NCBI GenBank assembly: GCA_036389255.1
Contig: DASVQI010000006.1
Location: 260,852-284,851 of the forward strand
Reading direction: 5' to 3'
Length of the DNA stretch: 24,000 bases
From: Pyrinomonadaceae bacterium
Lineage (GTDB): Bacteria; Acidobacteriota; Blastocatellia; Pyrinomonadales; Pyrinomonadaceae
The position numbers and the translations under genes were made by a program. The notes beneath the pieces were generated by a model. That model saw only the letters and a program-made list of their open reading frames with translations, did not search any database and had not been told where the DNA came from. Positions 8,527 through 15,451 of this stretch are shown one piece after another; positions within the stretch are counted from its first letter, which is position 1, and the number at the start of each line of letters is the position of its first letter.

Positions 8527-9099
8527 ATGAAACAGCAGATCTTAATTTACGATCTCGGCGGCAAGCTGGAAGTTTTAAGTGGTTTGCCCCGGGGTCAAGC
8601 GCTTTTAGGGAAATTAATCGCGGCTGCCAGGCCGCAGGAAGAACCCACCCCGCTCTTCCTAGACTTCAAAGGGGTGAACGTCGCGACGAGCAGCTTCCTC
8701 CGCTCGGGCATCCTGGGCTTTCGCGACCATTGCATAAGGATGGGTCTCAATCTCTACCCCGTCCTGGCCAATCTCAACGATGAAATTATTGACGATCTGA
8801 AGCTCGTGCTTGAACAGCGCGGTGACGCTTTCGTAGTGTGCAGCCTCAGTGATGACGGGCGGGTCTCGTCCGTCAGGGTCGTCGGCTCGCTGGATGAAAA
8901 GCAGCGACTGACGCTAGAGGCTGTCATTAAAGAAGGGGAGACTGACGCGGCCTCCCTGAAGGAGCAGCACGAGGAGACCGAAAGTATCGGCACTACGGGC
9001 TGGAACAATAGACTTACGTCGCTGGCCGAAAAGGGGCTGGTGGTTGAAGTGAAACGAGGCCGGGGCAAGCTGTACCGCCCAGTCTTGGAGTTTACCTGA
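8527..9099 (+). CDS. STAS-like (DUF4325-type) domain protein with a C-terminal winged-helix DNA-binding domain
   Basis: The start was moved to Met12 (ATG 8527), with GGAGGTG 6 nt upstream. PLFLDFKGVNVATSSFLRSGILGF resembles the DUF4325/STAS core (idf.gv..issSF). The C-terminus TTGWNNRLTSLAEKGLVVEVKRGRGKLYRPV looks like a MarR/ArsR-type wHTH wing. Confidence 0.55.
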   Translation: MKQQILIYDLGGKLEVLSGLPRGQALLGKLIAAARPQEEPTPLFLDFKGVNVATSSFLRSGILGFRDHCIRMGLNLYPVLANLNDEIIDDLKLVLEQRGDAFVVCSLSDDGRVSSVRVVGSLDEKQRLTLEAVIKEGETDAASLKEQHEETESIGTTGWNNRLTSLAEKGLVVEVKRGRGKLYRPVLEFT

Positions 9100-9473
9100 T
9101 GGGCGCAGACTTTATTTCGAAGACGAAGAAAGGCATTCGTAAGGGCTGGGATCGCGAGCGCAGAAGGCTGAGCATCGCTGAGCTGTTTAACCGAATGCCG
9201 GAGAGCATCCGGGCGATCAACGTCACGCCGTTCGAACTCACCAAATTCTGCGAGGGCGACCGCTACGAGTTGAATGTCGAGGAAGGCCGAATCTTCGTCT
9301 ACTCGAACCGGGTGACTATCGGCGTGTGTAAAGAGCCTCCGCGGTCAGTGTTGAAGGCAGTCGCCGCCCTCGGCGGAAAGACCCTGGGACTATTCATAAA
9401 AGTGCGTGAGCACAGTGCCACTGTCGAAGTCGCGGTCTGCTTGGACACTCAATCAAACACACAGGCGGCATAA
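9099..9473 (+). CDS. hypothetical protein (124 aa), third gene of the operon
   Basis: The ATG overlaps the upstream stop (TGATG at 9097-9101), indicating translational coupling. No domain was recognised. Confidence 0.5.
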   Translation: MGADFISKTKKGIRKGWDRERRRLSIAELFNRMPESIRAINVTPFELTKFCEGDRYELNVEEGRIFVYSNRVTIGVCKEPPRSVLKAVAALGGKTLGLFIKVREHSATVEVAVCLDTQSNTQAA

Positions 9474-9476
9474 AAT

Positions 9477-10577
9477 ATGAGTACACGCAAAGACATTGCA
9501 CCACTGCTCTTCCACGACGCCGACAAGCCACTGAGCCTCGGGTGTATCAACTGCCCGGAGCAAGGGATTTGCGGCGGCCTGCGCACTTCAGGGAGCCACT
9601 TCGATTGTCTCGCCTTTTGCGAGTGTGATGACCCCTCTGACTGCCAGTACGTGTGCCCGAATAACCTGGAGAATTACATCGCCAGGTTCCACGAGGTTCA
9701 AGGGTTTGAATTCAACAACGTCCCGAGAGCTCCGGTATTGCCTTATCAGCCGTTTCCTTTTTCGGTGCCGCTCCTTTACCACTCTTCCGGGCGCTTGGGG
9801 CGCTTCGTAACTGACACGGTGGCCATTCCGCTCACTTATCTGCTTGATCGTAAGACCGGGATGCTCAGATACAGCACGCGCGAAGAGCTGACCGAGAGCT
9901 TCGGCTTCGACGATAGAGCGCGCCTGATCATCATGGGCGTTGACCAAGATCAGCCGATTGAAGACTACTGGTCATTCCGGCGCGCAACCCACATCCCGGA
10001 GCAGCTCGCTAGGTTAAAGCCTGATCTGGTGACTGCTCCTAACTACAGCGTGTTTCTGGACTCGCCCAGGTGGGACAATCTTCATAACATGAAGAGAATC
10101 GCCATCTGCTGGAGCGAGCTGGTAGCGGCGGGAATACCGACCTCTCTTCATCTTAATGCCCGAACCGACCGCGATTGGGAACGCTGGACGGAATTCGTCG
10201 TCGAGCGCGACGAGATTCGATCTGTCGCCTTCGAGTATGCAACCGGGGCGGCCCGCCAAGACCGGGGCGAGTGGCATACGGAGAAGCTGGCGGCTCTTGC
10301 CCTGGCCGTGCCGCGAGACCTCCAGATAGTGGTGCGCGGCGGCTACGCTCACTTAGAAAAGCTTTACAGCGCTTTCCACGAAGTGGTCTTTATAGATACG
10401 ACCTCTTTTATGAAGACCATTAACCGTCAAAAACTCACACGGCTGCCCAGCGGGAAGTTGGAATGGCGGCGTGAGGTCATGCCCAATGCACACCCGCTCG
10501 ACGACCTTCTCGAGCATAACGTGCGGGGCTTTTCACGAATGATTTCAGACAAGGTATCTGAGTATCTGAAATTTTGA
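9477..10577 (+). CDS. Cys-rich protein (8-Cys N-terminal cluster) with an alpha/beta C-terminal region weakly reminiscent of DUF4417
   Basis: It starts 3 nt after the upstream stop. The Cys pattern is C23-x2-C-x5-C-x11-C-x3-C-x-C-x5-C-x3-C-P. The run DLVTAPNYSVFLDSPRWDNLHNMKRIAICWSELVAAGIPTSLHLNA resembles, from memory only, the DUF4417 core (pdfSly.d.P...q.yN.yR.r..g..w...Gi.viP...w). Confidence 0.5.
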   Translation: MSTRKDIAPLLFHDADKPLSLGCINCPEQGICGGLRTSGSHFDCLAFCECDDPSDCQYVCPNNLENYIARFHEVQGFEFNNVPRAPVLPYQPFPFSVPLLYHSSGRLGRFVTDTVAIPLTYLLDRKTGMLRYSTREELTESFGFDDRARLIIMGVDQDQPIEDYWSFRRATHIPEQLARLKPDLVTAPNYSVFLDSPRWDNLHNMKRIAICWSELVAAGIPTSLHLNARTDRDWERWTEFVVERDEIRSVAFEYATGAARQDRGEWHTEKLAALALAVPRDLQIVVRGGYAHLEKLYSAFHEVVFIDTTSFMKTINRQKLTRLPSGKLEWRREVMPNAHPLDDLLEHNVRGFSRMISDKVSEYLKF

Positions 10578-10727
10578 AATTTCAACATCTTGGCTTGCCG
10601 ATTAGCGCAGGCATAGGTAAGGGATGATTAGGAGTAAAAGACAAAAGGGGACCAAGATAATGAGCATCATCTTGATGTGCTTTAGTCTCTCTCCGATTAT
10701 TTGGAATCTGTATCATTAGAAATAGCT

Positions 10728-12089
10728 ATGTGGCCTGATAACGAAACTACGCGCGATTTTTTGAACTTCTCGGGCGTCGCCGATACGGTGGCGGAGATCA
10801 TTGTGCAGGCACATGGTAGACCAATTTCGATTGGGGTATCAGGAGCTTGGGGGATTGGCAAGTCCTCACTGATCAAGCTGACGCGCGAATCCTTAACACA
10901 TAGGCCGAAGAAGGAAGGCGAAAGGGAATTCATTTTCGTAGAGTTTAACGCTTGGCTCTATCAAGGCTATGACGACGCACGGGCGGCCCTCATGGAGGTA
11001 ATTGCTACCAAGCTTGAGGAAGAAGCGGAGAAGCGCGAGAAGGCCCTGGATAAAGCAAAATCGCTGTTAAAGCGGGTCAACTGGCTCCGCGTCGCTAAAC
11101 TTACTGCAAGCTCTGCCTTCGCTATCTCGATGGGCTTGCCCCCTGTCGGCCTTCTGGGAGAACTATGGGGGCTCGGCAAGAAAGCGGTGGGCGGCGGTGC
11201 AGACGAAAAGCTTATCGGGGATGCTCAGGCAAAAGTCAGCGAGGCAGGAACGGCAGCAGCGGGCTTGCTTAATCCGAAGGAGGAGACCTCGCCACCGAAA
11301 GAGATACATGCCCTGAGGGAGACGTTTGAAGAGACGCTGGATGAACTCGGCGTAACCTTAGTTGTATTAATTGACGATCTTGACCGCTGTCTTCCGCCTA
11401 CTACAATCTCCACGCTAGAAGCGATTCGACTGTTCCTCTTCTTGCGCAATACGGCGTTCGTGATTGCAGCTGACAACGAAATGATAAAGCACGCGGTACG
11501 CGAACATTTCGTAGGTATTGATGATGACCTTCTAGTTACAAATTACTTTGACAAGCTTATACAGGTTCCAATAAGAGTACCGCCGCTCGGCACGCAAGAA
11601 GTGCGCGCGTACATGATGCTTCTATTCGTCGAGAATAGCGAGTTGAGTGATGAAGTAAAAGAGAAGATTCGGGCCGGCGTAGGTGAACAGTTAAAGCACA
11701 CCTGGCAGGGCAAGAGGGTAGATCGCGCATTTGTACAGACACTTCATGAGTCATTACCCGATGAATTGATCGGCAAGTTCGACACCGCCGACCGCCTCGC
11801 GCCGCTGATGACGTCTGCCTCCGGCATCGTCGGAAATCCGCGACTGATTAAGCGCTTCTTGAATGCACTAGCGATACGGATGACTATATCTAACGCGCAA
11901 GGGGTTGGAGTGGACGAGGCCGTGCTCGCAAAGATGTTACTTTTCGAGCGACTCGGAGATCAGAGGGCCTACGCCGAATTGATCAAAGCGGTAAGCAGCA
12001 ACGAAGAAGGCAAGCCCGTTTTTCTTGAGGAATGGGAAGAAAAGGCTAACGCGGGTGAACCACTTAAGTTGGATTCGCCTTGGGAATGA
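10728..12089 (+). CDS. qatA: KAP-family P-loop NTPase, QatA-like (N-terminal ~450 aa; reading frame breaks at 12087)
   Basis: Walker A is VSGAWGIGKSSL. The KAP-type Walker B is LVVLIDDLDRCLP, and NPRLIKRFLN is also present. ATG 10728 (MWPDNETTRDFL...) was preferred over TTG 10701. It is the first gene of a KAP / unknown / QueC-like / TatD-like operon. Confidence 0.8.
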   Translation: MWPDNETTRDFLNFSGVADTVAEIIVQAHGRPISIGVSGAWGIGKSSLIKLTRESLTHRPKKEGEREFIFVEFNAWLYQGYDDARAALMEVIATKLEEEAEKREKALDKAKSLLKRVNWLRVAKLTASSAFAISMGLPPVGLLGELWGLGKKAVGGGADEKLIGDAQAKVSEAGTAAAGLLNPKEETSPPKEIHALRETFEETLDELGVTLVVLIDDLDRCLPPTTISTLEAIRLFLFLRNTAFVIAADNEMIKHAVREHFVGIDDDLLVTNYFDKLIQVPIRVPPLGTQEVRAYMMLLFVENSELSDEVKEKIRAGVGEQLKHTWQGKRVDRAFVQTLHESLPDELIGKFDTADRLAPLMTSASGIVGNPRLIKRFLNALAIRMTISNAQGVGVDEAVLAKMLLFERLGDQRAYAELIKAVSSNEEGKPVFLEEWEEKANAGEPLKLDSPWE

Positions 12090-12600
12090 TACTTTCGTGC
12101 AGGAATGGCTCACCCTGCCGCCGCGACTAGCTGATTTGGATTTACGAGGTGCGTTATACGTTAGCCGTGAGCACGCGCCATTAATTACGCCAGAGGACCG
12201 CCTCTCGTCCGAGGCTGCCGAACTGCTTACGGCCCTGCTTCAGGAACCTGACATGGCTGAGAGCCTCAATGACCGGCTCGTTAAAGTTTCACGGGCGGAA
12301 ATCACTTTGATCATGGACCGGTTGCTTGACCGAGCTCGCCAGGAGCAGGAGTGGGGAGTGCCACCAATACTGGAGGCATGCCTCGCTGTATCAGAGGCCG
12401 ACCCTTCACAAGGCTCTCGCCTGGCAGCATTCCTTAGTGAAAGACCGCCGACGCAAATTAGGCCTAGCATTGTCCCCATGATCGGTGACCAGCCATGGGC
12501 AGCCGGGGTCTTCAGGACTTGGGAACGGGCGGAAGTATCGCGTCCCGTAAAAAATGCCATAAAGCGCAGGAGGGAAGATGGGAACATCTCAGTCCAGTAA
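12088..12600 (+). CDS. qatA: C-terminal continuation of the QatA-like ATPase in the +1 frame (apparent frameshift, or a separate small ORF)
   Basis: ORF 12025..12600 overlaps the end of the KAP ORF by 65 nt in the +1 frame. Its ATG at 12025 has no properly spaced SD. Reading ...DSPWE then skipping T12087 continues as DTFVQEWLTLPP... The combined length of roughly 620-630 aa is about what I recall for QatA proteins. Confidence 0.5.
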   Translation, partial: DTFVQEWLTLPPRLADLDLRGALYVSREHAPLITPEDRLSSEAAELLTALLQEPDMAESLNDRLVKVSRAEITLIMDRLLDRARQEQEWGVPPILEACLAVSEADPSQGSRLAAFLSERPPTQIRPSIVPMIGDQPWAAGVFRTWERAEVSRPVKNAIKRRREDGNISVQ

Positions 12601-13438
12601 TGGCCCGCCGTCGGGTGTCCCTATGGTACCGTCATGGGTTCCTGATCCCCCAGATGGCGACCTCCCCTTTGATAACATGCTGCCTCCACCGGATGTCGAA
12701 AATCCAGTTGTTCAGCCAAATGACACTACAACGCCGCGTCCAATACCACCTGTACCGATAGCGCCAGCGGGACGATTCGGGCCGGCGCGCATAAATCTTG
12801 GAAAATTCGCGAGGACTGGAGATAGTGGCAACATGCGGCGAGCCATCGGACACTACGTCCGCAAGGGATATGGCGGGTCAGGTACGGCCGTACGTCGCTC
12901 CGGCAGCACGGCATCCACTGCCGGGACGCTCTACGGCGCTCTGTCTGCTGTAGCTGAAGGTCGCCCGGCAGCGCCAGGCAGCCCACTCGATCCCGCGCTC
13001 CTTGCTGGTCGATCAGCACAAGAGATCATGAATGCGGTGGTCGAGGCTGTACGGCCCGTCGACGGCACTCAGGATGCCGAAGTGGGACGGGCAGCTATTT
13101 GTAACGCCCTGTCAGAATTGTTAGACCGCTACCCGAACGCAGACTTACTCAATCTAAGTGACGAGCAACGTAACTTTGCTGTCGAACGGTATGTTGCGCT
13201 AGACGTGTTTCGGAAGTTCGACCTGGACTTGGGCAAGACCATCCAAGAAAAGGCCCCGAGCGCTGCTTCTGCCCTTTCTCGACTCAAGCAAGTGCGTGAT
13301 TATGTTAAAGAGACTGTTTCAGCTGCCTTCAGGAAGTTACGAGATGCCGGGCGCGCCATTACTTCGCGAAGTATTAGTAGGGTAGTTAGAGATGCCTTGC
13401 GCGACACATTTGAGGTCTTCGAGGGTTACGCGGAATGA
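12578..13438 (+). CDS. qatB: QatB-like protein (no recognisable domain; assigned by operon position)
   Basis: A strong SD (AGGAGGGAAG) sits directly before ATG 12578. The gene lies between the KAP ATPase and the QueC-like gene, and its stop overlaps the qatC start (ATGA at 13435-13438). The N-terminal ~60 aa are Pro-rich and low complexity. Confidence 0.6.
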   Translation: MGTSQSSNGPPSGVPMVPSWVPDPPDGDLPFDNMLPPPDVENPVVQPNDTTTPRPIPPVPIAPAGRFGPARINLGKFARTGDSGNMRRAIGHYVRKGYGGSGTAVRRSGSTASTAGTLYGALSAVAEGRPAAPGSPLDPALLAGRSAQEIMNAVVEAVRPVDGTQDAEVGRAAICNALSELLDRYPNADLLNLSDEQRNFAVERYVALDVFRKFDLDLGKTIQEKAPSAASALSRLKQVRDYVKETVSAAFRKLRDAGRAITSRSISRVVRDALRDTFEVFEGYAE

Positions 13439-14712
13439 AACTATTGTGCGCTCCTAAAACCTATACCTCTTCTGCTGACTCCGACACCCTTCGAGTCATC
13501 CTGTATGGCCACAATGACAGACCGAAAGATAGTAGTGCCGGGGAGGCATTGAGGAAGGAGATTCTGCGAAAAAAGCTCGTCGCAGAGCCATACGCGTGGG
13601 ATTTTCTCTCTCTTGCACTCTCAGTTATAGCGGCTGACCTTGTAGGTCATCGTGATAAGAGCCCGGACGGATGGACGCGCGAGTTCGAACTCGAGGTTGC
13701 AGTGACCGACCCATCTTTCTGGAATACACAGGCAGAAACTATCAGGGCGGCTCTCGCGTTCCTGACAACAGACCGTTGGCAAGTGCGCTTTATTGAAGGT
13801 GGAATGCTACCTGATCCACCCCGCGAGCCAGTTCTGCCCGACGAGGATTGCGTTGTTTTGTTGTCCGGTGGGCTAGATAGTCTCGTTGGGACAATAGATC
13901 TAGTTGCATCTGGTAGGAGGCCCTTCGCTGTCAGCCAGACCGTTAGGGGCGACGCCGAAAAGCAAGAACAGTTCGCTCAAAAGATCGGCGGCGGTTTGCG
14001 TCATCTACAACTCAACCACAATGCCAAGGTGCCGAATCCGGAGAACCCACCGTCTCAACGGGCACGCTCACTTACCTTTCTCGCCTACGGAATCTTCGCG
14101 GCAACAACTCTAGCCCGGTATCTAAAAGGCGATACCGTAGTTCTCTATGTCTGCGAGAATGGTTTCATCTCTATTAATCCTCCTTTGACGGGTGCCCGGA
14201 TGGGCAGCCTGAGCACCCGCACCGCGCATCCGGTCTTTCTGCACCAGATCCAACAGCTCGTTGATGCGGCAGGGCTGCGTGTTAGAATCGAACATCCATA
14301 CCAGAAAAAAACAAAAGGTGAGATGTTGGCAGGTTGCTCGGACCAGTCTTTTCTTAAGGCGGAGGCCGCTTTATCGACGAGCTGCGGTCGCTATAAGACG
14401 TACGGCTATAGGCATTGTGGCCGATGCATGCCTTGTCAAATTCGGCGCGCTTCATTTCTCGCATGGGGCGTCAAGGACAAAACGGATTATGTCTTTGATG
14501 ACCTTGGGAGAGATGATGAAGATCACGCCCGATTTGATGATGTGCGCTCGGCTGCTATGGCGATTGAGCAAGTTCGTGTAGAGGGTCTCGATTACTGGCT
14601 TGGTGCGACACTTAGCTCAACGCTGCTTGGTGACGTGGCCCCACTCAAAGACGTGGTTAAGCGCGGTCTCTCAGAGATCGCAGCTCTACACCGCAAATAT
14701 GGTGTCAAGTGA
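13435..14712 (+). CDS. qatC: QueC-like PP-loop ATPase, QatC-like
   Basis: The PP-loop is VVLLSGGLDSLVGT. The C-terminal Cys cluster CGRYKTYGYRHCGRCMPCQIRRASF resembles the QueC zinc site (C...CG.C..C..R). An N-terminal extension of ~140 aa is absent from housekeeping QueC. Confidence 0.85.
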   Translation: MKLLCAPKTYTSSADSDTLRVILYGHNDRPKDSSAGEALRKEILRKKLVAEPYAWDFLSLALSVIAADLVGHRDKSPDGWTREFELEVAVTDPSFWNTQAETIRAALAFLTTDRWQVRFIEGGMLPDPPREPVLPDEDCVVLLSGGLDSLVGTIDLVASGRRPFAVSQTVRGDAEKQEQFAQKIGGGLRHLQLNHNAKVPNPENPPSQRARSLTFLAYGIFAATTLARYLKGDTVVLYVCENGFISINPPLTGARMGSLSTRTAHPVFLHQIQQLVDAAGLRVRIEHPYQKKTKGEMLAGCSDQSFLKAEAALSTSCGRYKTYGYRHCGRCMPCQIRRASFLAWGVKDKTDYVFDDLGRDDEDHARFDDVRSAAMAIEQVRVEGLDYWLGATLSSTLLGDVAPLKDVVKRGLSEIAALHRKYGVK

Positions 14713-15446
14713 TTGACCTGCACTGTCATCTAGACCTCTATCCGGATCCTTATCAAGTGGCCAAGGAGTGTCAGGAACGTAGTCTCTACGTGCTGTCGGT
14801 GACAACTACTCCATCTGCATGGGGTGGAACTACCGCACTCGCCGCCGGCGCGCAGCGGATCCGAACGGCACTCGGGCTTCACCCGCAATTAGCCCATCAG
14901 CGTAAAAGTGAGTTGGCTCTTTTCGAGCGGCTATTACCCGAAACGCGTTATGTAGGCGAGGTAGGGTTAGACGGCGGGCCAGAGTACAAACGCTATTGGA
15001 GTGATCAGGTAACAGTTTTCGAGCGAATACTTGCCGCCTGTCGCTCAGCTGGCGGACGTGTGCTGTCAGTCCATAGCCGAAGGGCAAGCGCCGCAGTACT
15101 AGACCATCTACAAAAGGCTCCCGGTGCCGGCACCGCAGTACTTCACTGGTTCTCAGGCTCAGTACGCGACCTGGAGCGCGCAGTAGATATGGGGTGTTGG
15201 TTCAGCGTAGGACCCGCCATGCTGACTGGAGAGAAAGGACGAGCGCTGATTGCGCGTATGCCTCCGGATAGAGTGTTGACCGAGACAGATGGGCCGTTTG
15301 TAAAAGTGGAGGGCAGGGCCGCGTATCCTTGGGACGCCTCTCTGGTTATTAAAGGATTAGCGGCACTTTGGAATATACCCCAGCATGAAGCTGAACATTC
15401 ACTTCGAGCCAATCTACGCCGTCTCACTTCCACTCAGGAGCGTTAA
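14709..15446 (+). CDS. qatD: TatD-family metal-dependent hydrolase/DNase, QatD-like
   Basis: TatD motifs occur in order: MIDLHCHLD (HxH), GEVGLDG, VLSVHSR, VLHWFSG, LTETDGPF. The GTG start overlaps the qatC stop (GTGA at 14709-14712). Confidence 0.9.
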   Translation: MIDLHCHLDLYPDPYQVAKECQERSLYVLSVTTTPSAWGGTTALAAGAQRIRTALGLHPQLAHQRKSELALFERLLPETRYVGEVGLDGGPEYKRYWSDQVTVFERILAACRSAGGRVLSVHSRRASAAVLDHLQKAPGAGTAVLHWFSGSVRDLERAVDMGCWFSVGPAMLTGEKGRALIARMPPDRVLTETDGPFVKVEGRAAYPWDASLVIKGLAALWNIPQHEAEHSLRANLRRLTSTQER

Positions 15447-15451
15447 CATCA

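Noticed and set aside
9588-10352. Minus-strand ORFs of 112-119 aa and plus-strand 61-82 aa ORFs inside the 366-aa gene
   Set aside because: They overlap a longer, translationally coupled operon gene and have no motifs or RBS.
12025-12087. ATG 12025 as an independent start for the 191-aa ORF
   Set aside because: The GAGGA motif directly abuts the ATG with no spacer. The first 21 codons overlap the QatA frame. The simplest reading is a frame break in one gene. It is kept as a possibility in the findings.
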